From assembly GCA_963733375.1 (NCBI GenBank), contig CAVTDB010000025.1, forward strand, positions 87,882 through 151,881: DNA of 64,000 bases. The letters are read 5' to 3'. The DNA is from Nitrospirota bacterium (GTDB taxonomy: Bacteria > Nitrospirota > JACRHJ01). The number at the start of each line of letters is the position of its first letter. The first letter of the stretch is position 1. The translations under genes were made by a program, and so were the position numbers. The notes under the pieces are model-generated. The model was given only the letters and a program-made list of their open reading frames with translations. It made no database searches and was not told the origin of the DNA. Positions 53,718 through 64,000 of the stretch are shown here, in pieces.

Positions 53718-54083
53718 CTACATTTCCTGGAGATCCATGTTGCCCCTGTTTTCTACTACCCTCCACATCCTTACGACATGGTCGATCCCATCCGGACTGC
53801 GTTTAACGGCCACCTGTATTTTGTCGCCGGGCGCTAATCTGGAGAGTTGTTCACGCGGGGCTTTCAGGCTTATCATGCCGCCCGCGTCTTTCCGGAGCAA
53901 AAGCGCGCCTGCCCTCATATCGATGCTCCTTACGTGCCCCGAGAATTGCACTCGCCTGCCTTCTTCGAGCCTATGCTCCTTGCGCGGGGTCGTAATCGGC
54001 CCATACTCATCGGCTTGAGCGAAAACCGCCCCGGTAACGAGAACTACCGCAAGGGACGCCACCATTAAAATAAGCCTTTTCAT
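53718..54083 (-). CDS. Exported hypothetical protein (possible OB-fold)
   Basis: GGAGAGG RBS, signal peptide ending VFA, G.V..ID...L.PGDKI.V pattern. Confidence 0.7.
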   Translation of the reverse strand: MKRLILMVASLAVVLVTGAVFAQADEYGPITTPRKEHRLEEGRRVQFSGHVRSIDMRAGALLLRKDAGGMISLKAPREQLSRLAPGDKIQVAVKRSPDGIDHVVRMWRVVENRGNMDLQEM

Positions 54084-54249
54084 CTGTAACCCCTCCTCCG
54101 CTTACCCGCAAAAAATCAAACTTCTCGTTTATTTGGAATAGCTTCCACTATTATATTTTACCTCAACCGGGCTATTTTCGCTTTGGCGGGACAAGGGTCA
54201 AATGAACAAGAGATAGGCCGCCAAAACTGGCGGCCTATCTCTTTAAATT

Positions 54250-54392
54250 CCTGGATTCCCGCCTTCTGTCTTCGCTGTCGCTCTGGACAGGTAAAACATT
54301 TCGCGGGAATGACGGCGGAAACAAAAAGGGCCGACACGATGGTCGGCCCATTAATTTTAAAGTCCTGGATTCCCGCCTGCGCGGGAATGACG
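54250..54392. repeat. Two GGATTCCCGC-n-GCGGGAATGAC REP-like palindromes; the first is interrupted by the mini-element
   Basis: Intact copy at 54364-54392 versus split copy at 54250-54313. Confidence 0.85.
54264..54302 (-). mobile_element. 36-bp mini-element in a REP loop
   Basis: Reverse complement reads GAA-ATGTTTTACCTGTCCAGAGCGACAGCGAAGACA-GAA. Confidence 0.8.
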
Positions 54393-54487
54393 GCATGTGG
54401 CGCGCCGTGGGCGTCGCGCCCATATGGCCGCCTACTCGTTTACTTTCGCCGGCGTCCTATTCTGCGGCCCCCTGCCCCCCTGGCCCC

Positions 54488-55733
54488 CTACTTGTTCATC
54501 GACATGATAAAGTCCTGGTTGGTCTTGGTCGCGCGCAGCTTCTCGATTAAGAACTCCATCTGCTCCACCGTCGAGAGCGGGTTTAAGACCTTGCGCAGGA
54601 CCCACATCTTGTTCAGGGTGTTCGCATCCACCAGGAGCTCTTCTTTACGGGTGCCGGAGCCGTTTATGTCGATGGCCGGGAAGACGCGCTTCTCGACCAG
54701 CTTGCGGTCAAGGTGAAGCTCCATATTACCCGTTCCCTTGAACTCCTCGAATATGACGTCGTCCATCCTGGAGCCGGTATCGATAAGGGCCGTGGCCATG
54801 ATCGTCAGGCTCCCGCCTTCCTCGATATTCCTGGCCGCGCCGAAGAAGCGCTTCGGCCTCTGGAGCGCGTTTGCGTCTATGCCGCCAGAGAGGACCTTGC
54901 CGCTTGGCGGGACGATGGTGTTGTATGCTCTGGCAAGACGGGTAATGGAGTCCAGAAGAATCACCACGTCCTTTTTATGCTCGACCAGGCGCTTGGCCTT
55001 CTCTATGACCATCTCGGCCACCTGGACATGCCTTTGCGGCGGCTCGTCGAAGGTCGAGGATATGACCTCGGCCTTTACCTGCCGGACCATGTCGGTCACT
55101 TCTTCGGGCCGCTCGTCTATCAGAAGGACGATGAGGATTATCTCCGGGTGGTTTTTCGTGATGGCCTTTGCGATGGACTGGAGGATCATGGTCTTGCCGG
55201 TGCGGGGCTGGGCCACGATCATGCCGCGCTGGCCCTTGCCTATCGGGGTGACCAGGTCCATGACCCGCGTGTTCATGTCGCCCGCCACCTCCAGGTTTAT
55301 CTTCTCTTCGGGGTAGAGCGGGGTCAGGTTGTCGAAAAGTATCTTGTCCCTTATCTCCTCGGGCGACTCGAAGTTCACGGTCTCCACCTTCAGCAGGGCG
55401 AAGTAGCGCTCGCCCTCCTTCGGGGGGCGTATCTGCCCGGCGACCGTATCGCCGGTGCGGAGGTTGAACCGCCTTATCTGGGACGGGGAGACGTATATGT
55501 CGTCCGGCCCCGGGAGGTAGTTGTAGTCCGGCGCGCGCAGGAAACCGAAGCCGTCCGGCAGGGTCTCCAGCACCCCGGCCCCGTAAATCTGGCCGTTTTT
55601 CTCGGTCTGGGCCTGGAGTATCGCGAATATCAGCTCCTGTTTTCTGAGGCCGCTTGCGTTTTCGAGTTTTAAGTCCTTGGCGATGGTGGTTAAGCTCGCC
55701 AATGCTTTTTTCCTTCAGTTCTACGATGTTCAT
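54488..55733 (-). CDS. rho: Transcription termination factor Rho (frameshift near the 5' end)
   Basis: [42 protein letters not shown]. Confidence 0.98.
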
Positions 55734-56122
55734 CGATGCTCCTTGCTCTTTCATGCGGTTTTTTCCTAAGGAATGGATAAGGGCTTCCGAGAGGCTTGAT
55801 TTATTTATAAGGGGCTTATCCTGGGAATATTTGAATTATTCGCGGCTGCGCCAAAAGACATGACGGCCATAGGGGTTTGTTTTTTATTTAATCCGGCACC
55901 AATTTTAAATCGCATTGCTGGATGATTGAGGGGTATGGGAGTTTTCGAAAACCTTGCGGGGGTACCTTCACGGGTACGACCTTGTGCAAAGGATACAACA
56001 TTTCTTTAGCTTTTGTCAATATTAATTTTACTTAAACGGCTGTCAACTTCCTTGACTTTGATTTTATTCTAAATTAGAATCTAAAATTGCGGTATGGTTT
56101 TTCCGCAAAAAAGGTATTTCCG

Positions 56123-57399
56123 ATGCATCAGAATGAAAAAATCAAATACGGATTGGTCGGCGTAGTCATAGGCGCGGCTCCCGCCTCTTCCATGTATTAC
56201 TCCAATATCTGCTTTTCTATCGGAACCTCCCCGCAGGCCAATACGTCCGGGAACACATCCTCGACTCCGGCCCCGGCATGGCTACCAACCTGTATATCGC
56301 CGGCGCCGTATTCGTAATGGGCGGCGCGGGGGTGCTGGTCGGGAAGCTCCGGGAAAAGGACGCGCGGCTCCAAAGAGAGGTAGAGCAGAGAAATATCGAG
56401 TACAAGAGGAGCCAGGAGGAACTGAAAAGCCTTTCCTTCAACCTGGAGAGCAAGGTCAAGGAGGGCCAGGACGAGCTGCTGGAGTACGCACAGAAACTGA
56501 ACGAAGCGAACGCGAAACTGCTCATGCAGGTAGAGATACAGAGAAAAATCGCGGGCAACGTCCCGTCGCTTCTGGCCCTCGTGGATAAGGACATGAACTA
56601 CGTGGAGATGAACGAGTTCGGCGCCCGTAATTTCATAGACAGGCCGATGGGCGAGATACTGGGCCAGAAGTGCTACGCGGTGATGGGCGGGAAGGACGAC
56701 GTCTGCCACGAGGACTGCGCGGTGCAAAAGGCATTCATAAGCGGCAGGGAAGAGTCCCACTCCCGCACGGGTTTGCTGCTGGGGAGGACGGTCACCACGG
56801 AGAACAAGAGCATCCCCATAAGGAACGAGGAAGGGATGGTCACCCATGTCCTCAAGATCGTAACGGATACCACCGCGAAGAAGAAGGAAGAGGACGAGCT
56901 GAAGCGCCGGGCGAACGTGGACGCCCTGACGGGGGTTTACAACAAGCACTACCTGGACCTCTACCTCCAGAACGAGCAGGTCAAAAACAAGACCGACAAG
57001 AGAAGGCGCGGTCCCTATACGATTATATACGCGGACCTGGACGACCTGAAGAAAGCCAACGACAGCTACGGGCATGAGGCGGGGGACATACTGCTGAAGA
57101 AGGCCGCCCGGATTTTCCAGGATAATACCAGGCACGAGGACATAATCGCGAGGGTGGGCGGCGACGAGTTCGTTATAGTGCTCCCGCACAGCGGGCTGGA
57201 AGAGGGCGAGGTATTGATTAACCGCTTCCGCCATCAGAGCGAGCAGTGGTCAAGGACCAGGGACTTGGAGGAAGGCCTGTCGGGTTTAAAGCTCTCCGTC
57301 TCATACGGCCTTGGCGCCTCGGCTTACGGGACCGACCTCTACGATACGATCAGGAATGCCGACCTTACGATGTACAGAGCCAAAAAGGACAAAAAGTAA
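56123..57399 (+). CDS. Membrane-bound PAS/GGDEF diguanylate cyclase (frameshift near the 5' end)
   Basis: DALTG, ND.YGH..GD, RHEDIIARVGGDEF (RxxD I-site). Confidence 0.92.
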
Positions 57400-57410
57400 C
57401 CGGCGTTAAG

Positions 57411-58009
57411 TCAAGAATTCTTCCTTTCCATCTCCCTTACTATTGCCTCGAGCATGGCCTGCCTCCCTCCTCCGGCGACCCTCTTTATCCGGAGCGCCTC
57501 CTTAAGCAATGTCAGGGCCTCGGGGCCGCCGCCGTCCCGGAGCGCCGTCGCCGCCTCGAACGCCACCGATTCGTCCTCCGAGAGCAGGTAAGGAGAAATG
57601 GCCTCCACCGCCCCTTCCGTCCTGAAGCGCCCTATCGCCTGGACAAGGCCCGGCAGGCTTTTCCTCGGGATGTCCGGGATGAGCCCTATCAGAAGGTCCA
57701 GGTCTTCAGGTTCGCCCGCATCGGAAAGTATCTCCGCGGCCGCATTCCATAAGGGATTGCGAAGGCTCCGACGTTATCTCCCGAAACGGCTCCGGCCGCC
57801 TCAAGGCCACGGAAATAAGGGCCTCCTGAAGGACCGCCTCCCTCTCTTCCAGGTCCATCTTCGCAAGCTGGTCCTTAAGCGAGAGCAGGGGCGTAACCGG
57901 GATATCCTTCCAGTGGCTTATTATTTCAGACGCAGTACCTGGAAAGTTCCGACTGCTCGCCGGTCCTTATCCCTTCAAGGATTTCCCCAAGGTCCATCCG
58001 TGGGCTCAT
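57411..58009 (-). CDS. HEAT-repeat protein (frameshifted)
   Basis: LSEDESVAFEAATALRD-type helical repeats. Confidence 0.55.
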
Positions 58010-58010
58010 G

Positions 58011-58364
58011 TCAGCCCAGCACCCGCTTTATCGTATCCTTCAGGTCTTTCAAGTCCCCGGACTTTACGACATAGGCCTCGGACGCCCAGACCCCGAAGTT
58101 ATGCTTGTACTCCGGATACGCCGTCACCATTATCATCGGCAGGTCGCGCTTTTTTTCCTTCAGCACACGGAGCACCTCGATACCGTCCATGCCGGGCATC
58201 CTGATATCCAGCGTCACGAGGTCCGGCTGGACCTCGTCCACCAGGCGTATCGCCTCGGGGCCGTCAGCCGCCAGGATAACGTCATAGCCCTCCTCGGTCA
58301 GCTCTTCCTTGAAAAGCTGGCGGACGTGCTCCTCGTCGTCCACGACAAGTATTTTTTTGGCCAT
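58011..58364 (-). CDS. Single-domain response regulator
   Basis: ILVVDDE, PDLVTLDIRMPGMDG. Confidence 0.95.
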   Translation of the reverse strand: MAKKILVVDDEEHVRQLFKEELTEEGYDVILAADGPEAIRLVDEVQPDLVTLDIRMPGMDGIEVLRVLKEKKRDLPMIMVTAYPEYKHNFGVWASEAYVVKSGDLKDLKDTIKRVLG

Positions 58365-58366
58365 GA

Positions 58367-60790
58367 TTATTCCCCCTTTTTAGCTTCCACCGGCGCGGGA
58401 ATCTCCCGGCAGGGAAGTTTGATATAAACCGTTATTCCCGCCCCTTCCCTGTTATCCAGTTCCAGTTCTCCGCCGTGGTTTTTGATTATTTTGCTGGTTA
58501 TTGCAAGTCCCAGTCCCGTACCGGTCACTTTCGTGGTAAAGAACGGGTTGAAGATATTGTCCAGGATGTCGGCCTGTATCCCCCCGCCGGAATCGGTGAT
58601 GGCGAGGACGGCGCGGACCGGTTCTTTTTCCATGTAGGTGCGGAAGGTCATCTCTTTTATGCCGGTCTTCTCCATCGCCTGCATGGAGTTGGAGACGATG
58701 TTTATAATCGCCTGCTTTACCTGCTGATGGTCCATCAGTACCAGGCAGGGCTGGGGTAAGAGGTCCACCCGGCGCGTTATGCCCTTCTCGCGGAACTCGT
58801 CTTCATAGAACTGGAGCGTCTCGTTGACTAACTGGTTTAAGTCGTACGGCTGGAAGTTGGGCTTCATCTCCCTGGAGAAATCCAGCACCTCGCCCAGTAT
58901 CTTCTCCAGCCTCCTGGCCTCGTCCCTGATTATGCGGGCGTAGCGGGATTCCTCGCCCTCGCCCTGCTTCTTGACCAACCGCGTCGCAAACCCCCCGATT
59001 ACCGTCAGCGGGTTCTTTATCTCGTGCGCTATGGAGGCCGCCATCTCGCCCAGCGCCGCCATCTTCTCGGACTGGATAAGCCTGTGCTGGGCCTCTTTCA
59101 GTTCTCGGTTTGCGTGCTCAAGGTTGGAATACGCGATGGCGGACTCAACCGCCAGTCCGGCCTGGTTCGCGAACATCATCAGTATCCGGAGGTCCTCGTC
59201 GCGGATGGCCCTTCCGGTAAACTTGTTGTCCACGATGACGACCGAGAGCACCTTGTCCTTGGCCACCAGCGGCACCACCGCGAACTCCCTCGCGCCCACC
59301 ATCCCGTATATCTCGGGCCCGGCCATCGTGTCGGTTTCCGCGTCCGCCAGAGATATCGCCCGCTTCTCCCGTATCGCGGCCGCGAATACCGTCCGGTCGT
59401 CCTCGAAGGAAAAACGCAGGCTCTTCACTGAGCGGTTGAACGAGGATTCCCTCTGCGAGGCGACCTCCCTGTCCGAGATGCTCCAGTCGCGGAAGTTCAC
59501 AGGCCTGTTCCCCAGCCGGGACCATATCTCGCCCGCCTCCCATGAAGAAGACGGCCCCACGCCCAGCATCCCCTGCAGGGTCTTTGTCCTGTCGTTTACC
59601 AGGAACAGCATTGCCCGGTTGAACCCCATCCCGCCGCCCATCGTGATGGCGGTGAGTATGATATGCAGGAGCTTCTCCAGGCGAAGCGTGGTGCGCATCG
59701 CGTTTGCTATGTCGTACAGGAAGGACAGCTCACGCGCGCGCTTCTCGTTTAAAAGGGCAAGCTCCTCGGCCCGCTCGTAAATGAACGCGTTTTCCACCGC
59801 CATGGAGGCCTGGGAAGCAAGCGTGGACAAAAGGTGCAGGTCCACCTCGGTAAAAGGCTGCTCGCCAAGCCTCGCGGGGTCTTCCTTGTCGTAGAGCGCG
59901 ATGGTGCCTATGACGTTGTCCTTGGCGATGAGCGGGACGCAGATAAGGGAGCGTGCGACCGCGCCGGTGACGTTCAAGAACTCCGGGCTCTCGAAGGCGT
60001 CCGACACGAGTATGGGCTTGCCGTCCTCGGCCACCTTTCCGGCGATGCTCTCGCCCAGCTTCAAATCCGTCCGGCGGCCCTGCTCCATCGGGAGCCCGAA
60101 CGACGCCTTTATCTCGAGCAGGTTCGTATCCGTGTTTATGAGCCTCAGTATGCAGCCCCTGGCCCCGATGACCTCGGCGCTTGAGCGGGCTATCCTGTCA
60201 AGCAGGGTCTGGAGGTCCAGCGTGGAGATTAGCGCGCGGGACATCTCGTATAGTGCGGAGAGCGCTTCCAGGTTCTGCTTCGCGTCCTGGTATAGCTGTG
60301 CGGTATTGATTATGCCGCCCACGTCGTTCGCTATCGTGGACAGGAGCGTGACCTCGTCGGGGGAGTAGGCATGCGGCTCAAGGGTCTGGACGGTCATGGC
60401 GCCTATGCAGTTATCGTCGAAGATGATGGGGACGGAGAGCATGGACTTGTATTTTTCCTCCCCCGTCTGCGGCACCAGCTTGTACCTCGGGTCCAGGCTT
60501 GCGAGTTCCAGCGCCGCGGCCTGCTTTTGCTGCACCACCCACCCCGATACGCCTTCGCCCATACGGAGCATGACCCGGTCTATGGAATCCGGGTTCAGGC
60601 CCACCGCCGCCTTCAACACCAGGACGTCCCTGTCCTTGTCCCGGAGCACTATATAGCAGACGTCGCGGGAGAGCTTCTCCGCGATCACGCGAACTATCTT
60701 GTCGAGCTTTACTCCAAAATCCTGGGTGGAATTGGCGATCTTCGATACTTCGGAAAGTATCTCCAGCTCCACCTTCTCCGATATAATCAT
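58367..60790 (-). CDS. Cytoplasmic triple-GAF histidine kinase
   Basis: Three GAF-like repeats, AHEIKNPL, GTGLGL; no TM helices. Confidence 0.95.
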   Translation of the reverse strand: MIISEKVELEILSEVSKIANSTQDFGVKLDKIVRVIAEKLSRDVCYIVLRDKDRDVLVLKAAVGLNPDSIDRVMLRMGEGVSGWVVQQKQAAALELASLDPRYKLVPQTGEEKYKSMLSVPIIFDDNCIGAMTVQTLEPHAYSPDEVTLLSTIANDVGGIINTAQLYQDAKQNLEALSALYEMSRALISTLDLQTLLDRIARSSAEVIGARGCILRLINTDTNLLEIKASFGLPMEQGRRTDLKLGESIAGKVAEDGKPILVSDAFESPEFLNVTGAVARSLICVPLIAKDNVIGTIALYDKEDPARLGEQPFTEVDLHLLSTLASQASMAVENAFIYERAEELALLNEKRARELSFLYDIANAMRTTLRLEKLLHIILTAITMGGGMGFNRAMLFLVNDRTKTLQGMLGVGPSSSWEAGEIWSRLGNRPVNFRDWSISDREVASQRESSFNRSVKSLRFSFEDDRTVFAAAIREKRAISLADAETDTMAGPEIYGMVGAREFAVVPLVAKDKVLSVVIVDNKFTGRAIRDEDLRILMMFANQAGLAVESAIAYSNLEHANRELKEAQHRLIQSEKMAALGEMAASIAHEIKNPLTVIGGFATRLVKKQGEGEESRYARIIRDEARRLEKILGEVLDFSREMKPNFQPYDLNQLVNETLQFYEDEFREKGITRRVDLLPQPCLVLMDHQQVKQAIINIVSNSMQAMEKTGIKEMTFRTYMEKEPVRAVLAITDSGGGIQADILDNIFNPFFTTKVTGTGLGLAITSKIIKNHGGELELDNREGAGITVYIKLPCREIPAPVEAKKGE

Positions 60791-60802
60791 CTAAAACCCT
60801 TT

Positions 60803-60912
60803 GTTACTTTTCTTTCAGGTGAAAGAAAAGTAACCAAAAGAAAGCCGGACATAAAGCTTTTAAATTGTCCCATTTTCTTTGTGTTACTTTCTTTTTTGCA
60901 AAAGAAAGTAAC
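60803..60912. repeat. AT-rich double-hairpin element, copy 6 (variant second hairpin)
   Basis: GTTACTTTTCTTTC-aggt-GAAAGAAAAGTAAC ... GTTACTTTCTTTT-n-AAAAGAAAGTAAC. Confidence 0.85.
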
Positions 60913-60923
60913 TGTTTTTGAAT

Positions 60924-62396
60924 TTACGCCGCCCTCTTTTGCCTCTCTTTCGCCTTGGCTTCGGCCTTCTTGTAGAGCTTGACGTACTCCTTCGCGGAGT
61001 TGTCCCAGGAGTTGTCTTCCTTCATACCCGACGTAACCAGCGACTTCCAGCCGTTTTTATCATCAAAGGCCGAAAGCGCCGCCTTTACGGACTTCAGGAA
61101 CGCTTTCGAACTATAATCGGTAAAAACAAAGCCGTTCCCCTTGCCCGTTTTCGGGTTGTAGTTGCTTACCGTATCCGCGAGGCCCCCGGTCTTTCTGACC
61201 AGCGGCACGGTCCCGTACCTGAGGGAAATCAGCTGGCCCAGGCCGCACGGCTCGTAGCGGGACGGCATCATGAACACGTCCGATGCCGCGTATATCCTGG
61301 CCGCGAGCGTCGCATCGAAAGCCAGGTTCACCGATATGCTCTTCGGGTGCTTTTTAGCCACGCCCGTTAATAGTTTGTGGTACTTCTCCTCGCCGGTGCC
61401 CAGCACCACCACCTGCAGGTCCATCTTCATCATCTCGTCGATTGCGCCGGCGATCAGGTCAAGACCCTTCTGGTCCGCGAGCCTCGAGATGATACCGAAG
61501 AGCGGCTTGTTCCCGGCCGCCAGGTGGAGTTGCTCCTTAAGACCCTTCTTGTTCGCCTGCTTTCCCTTGATGTCGCCCGCGCCGTAGTTCTTGACCAGGT
61601 GTTTATCCGTCTCGGGGTCCCATTCCTCGTAGTCTATACCGTTCACGATGCCGTAGAGGTCCGCGGCCCTTTTCTTGAGGACGCCTTCCAGCCCGTACCC
61701 GAACTCGGGGGTCTGTATCTCTTTGCTGTATGTCTTTGATACCGTATTAATTATATCGGAATAGACAAGGCCACCTTTTAGAATATTTATATCGCCGAAG
61801 AATTCTAATCCTTCCGGCGTAAAATACTCCCAACCCAGGCCTGTAAGGTGCCAGTCGGACGCCCAGAACTTCCCCTGGTATCCAATGTTATGCACGGTGA
61901 AGACCGTCCCGGTGTTCTTGAAGAATGGGTCGTTTGCATATAACGTCTTCAAGTATAGCGGCAGAAGACCCGTCTGCCAGTCGTTCGCATGTATGACGTC
62001 CGGGCGGAAGTCCATAGCCTTCAGGACCTCAGGTATTATCTTCGAGAAATATATGAACCGCTCCGCGTTGTCCGGGAGGTCTCCCTTGGCAGTGCCGTAG
62101 AGCACGTCCCGGTCGTAATATTTAGGGGTATCCACGAAGAACGCGCGCACCCCGCCGGGAAGCCCACCCTCCCAGATGGCCGCCTCGACGGCTTTACCGT
62201 CCATTATCGCCGCAGCCTTCTTCGCGGTTTTTTTAAGTCCCCATTTCGCCCGGTCCACCGCCTTGTAGAGCGGCATGACGACGCAGGTCTCCAGTTTAAG
62301 CTTCGCCAGCGCCTTCGGCAGCGCCCCCGCCACGTCGGCCAGGCCCCCTGTTTTCGCGAACGGATAAATTTCGGACGATGCGATTGCTATTTTCAT
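60924..62396 (-). CDS. glgA: Glycogen synthase
   Basis: KTGGLADV, HANDWQT, PSRYEPCGL. Confidence 0.97.
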   Translation of the reverse strand: MKIAIASSEIYPFAKTGGLADVAGALPKALAKLKLETCVVMPLYKAVDRAKWGLKKTAKKAAAIMDGKAVEAAIWEGGLPGGVRAFFVDTPKYYDRDVLYGTAKGDLPDNAERFIYFSKIIPEVLKAMDFRPDVIHANDWQTGLLPLYLKTLYANDPFFKNTGTVFTVHNIGYQGKFWASDWHLTGLGWEYFTPEGLEFFGDINILKGGLVYSDIINTVSKTYSKEIQTPEFGYGLEGVLKKRAADLYGIVNGIDYEEWDPETDKHLVKNYGAGDIKGKQANKKGLKEQLHLAAGNKPLFGIISRLADQKGLDLIAGAIDEMMKMDLQVVVLGTGEEKYHKLLTGVAKKHPKSISVNLAFDATLAARIYAASDVFMMPSRYEPCGLGQLISLRYGTVPLVRKTGGLADTVSNYNPKTGKGNGFVFTDYSSKAFLKSVKAALSAFDDKNGWKSLVTSGMKEDNSWDNSAKEYVKLYKKAEAKAKERQKRAA

Positions 62397-62582
62397 GGAA
62401 CCCTCTCTAAAATTTAATTTATGATCAGGGGAAAGAATCTTCTCTCCGAAAGTGGGAGGGGGAGTATTCTCTCCGAAAAATTATTATTCACAATAACGCT
62501 CAATCGGCTGCATCTCTATTTTACGTTCAAGATAATTTTTCTACGAGAACACTCCCCCTCCTTGCCGCCTGATTTCTCTTTT

Positions 62583-62740
62583 CGTCATTCCCGCGGAGGC
62601 GGGAATCCAGGAACTTAAACCCTGGATCCCCGACTAAAACTTTCGGGGATGACGAATTATTAAATATTGTCGTCATTCCCGCGATATGAACTATCTGTCC
62701 AGAGCGGGCGAAAACAGAAACGATTTACCTGTCTAAGAGC
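62583..62740. repeat. Cluster of GTCAT(T/C)CCCG REP-like palindromes with nested degenerate mini-elements
   Basis: CGTCATTCCCGCGGAGGCGGGAATCCAGG; GGATCCCCGA..TCGGGGATGACG; mini-element copies at 62683-62740. Confidence 0.8.
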
Positions 62741-62768
62741 GCTCCTTCAAGTGACGCCGCCCCGCCAA

Positions 62769-63757
62769 CTATATTTTCGCCTCGCGCAGGAACTTGGCCG
62801 CCTCTTCGGGGGCGGTGGGGTTGATGTAGAACCCGGAGCCCCACTCGAAACCCGCCACCTTGGTGAGCTTCGGCATTATCTCTATGTGCCAGTGGTAATA
62901 GTCGTTGTCCGGCTCCCTGAAGGGCGAGGTATGGACGATGTAGTTGTACGGCGGCAGTTCAGTATCTTGTCTATCCGCCGGAGCGTGCCTTGCAGCATCT
63001 CGGCCAGGGAAGCGAACTCGTGCGACTTCGCGTTTTCAAAACACGAGTCGTGGTTTTTGGGCATTATCCAGGTTCGAACGGGAAACGCGGAGTAAAAGGC
63101 TCCAGCGCCACGAAGTCCCTGTTTTCGCTGACTATCCTTGTGCCGGAGTTCAGTTCCTGCCGGATGATGTCGCAGAAGATGCAGCGCTCCTTGACTGGTA
63201 GTACTGTTTGCCCCGTCGATCTCCTCCTGCACCTGTATCGGCACGATCGGAAGCGCGATGAGCTGGGAATGCGAGTGCTCAAGCGACGCGCCGGCCGCAT
63301 CCCTTCGTTTTTGAATATAAGGGCATACTGGAACCGGGGGTCCTTTTTCAGGTCCTCCATGCGGTCCCGGTAGGCCCAGAGCACTTCTCCACCGCCTTCA
63401 GCGGCAGGGTGGACATTGTCGCGTCGTGCAGGGGCTTTCGATGATCACTTCGTGGGCGCCGATGCCGTTCATCTTGTCGAAGATGCCCTCGCCCTGCTTG
63501 TTCAGGTCGCCCTCGATCTGGAGCGCGGGGAACTTGTTCGGCACCGCCCTGAGCGGCCAGCCCGGCCTGTTGGGCGCCGTCCCGTTCTCGCGGTAGGCCA
63601 GGACCTCCTTCGGGGTCGTGCGCTCGTTGCCCAGGTCGAACGGGCAGAACCCCCCTTTTTTGCGGGGGTGGTCCTGGAAGTCCGTAGGCCGCTTGCCCCT
63701 CTCCGACGATATGATGACCCACCTGCCGATGATGGGGTCTTTTCTGAGTTCTGGCAT
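62769..63757 (-). CDS. galT: GalT-family nucleotidyltransferase (frameshifted)
   Basis: [47 protein letters not shown]. Confidence 0.9.
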
Positions 63758-63837
63758 ATTCCCTCCTGACGGTATAAAATTATCTTTTTGATTATAACAT
63801 AAGTTTGTTTAAGCGGTTGAAAAACGTTAAAAAAAAC

Positions 63838-63868
63838 AAAGAGGGGCTTTTAAAAAGCCCCTCTTTTT
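63838..63868. terminator. Terminator-like hairpin
   Basis: AAAGAGGGGCTTTT-AAAAAGCCCCTCTTTTT. Confidence 0.7.
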
Positions 63869-63902
63869 GCTAACCGGCAATATTTAATGGCCCGTCATCC
63901 CC

Positions 63903-63990
63903 GAAACGGTTTACCTGTCCAGAGCGAAAGCGAAGACAGATAGCGAAGACAGAAATGATTTACCTGTCCAGAGCGATAGCGAAGACAGAA
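63903..63990 (+). mobile_element. Tandem 36-bp mini-elements inside a REP
   Basis: CGTCATCCCC-GAA[unit + 13-bp partial]GAA[unit]GAA-TGCTTTAGTC; compare the empty REP at 62621-62654. Confidence 0.8.
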
Positions 63991-64000
63991 TGCTTTAGTC

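Noticed and set aside
63903-63990. Possible CRISPR array (36-bp repeats at the window edge)
   Set aside because: The units are directly tandem with no unique spacers, sit inside a REP, and occur singly elsewhere; no cas genes are in the window

Overview
A GC-rich bacterial chromosomal segment, probably from an anaerobic, cytochrome-rich Nitrospirota/Desulfobacterota-like organism (inferred from gene content only). About 20 genes, including rho, nadA and hemL, carry single-base frameshifts, which points to uncorrected assembly indels rather than real pseudogenes. The housekeeping backbone includes pyk, mprF, nadA, hemL, atpZ/I, tRNA-Leu-tig-clpP-clpX, a DinG helicase, pckA, nth, polX, rho, glgA and galT. 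Main observations: (1) A sigma-54 operon (8992-15395) encodes three paralogous Gly/Ala-rich small membrane proteins, an FeS subunit, an NrfD anchor, a DMSO-reductase-family subunit that appears to lack its Mo-ligand Cys, and a 15-heme cytochrome. It converges on an NtrC-type activator and a sensor kinase with a CxxCH heme motif. (2) A 36-bp mini-element sits at CGAA sites with an apparent GAA duplication, often nested inside other palindromic repeats and sometimes in tandem. (3) Six copies of an ~95-bp AT-rich double-hairpin element are all oriented the same way relative to transcription. (4) Two adjacent long hairpins at 47201-47457 form an ncRNA candidate. (5) A REP-like element is translated inside a cupin gene. 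No CRISPR array, transposase, integrase or reverse transcriptase was seen.
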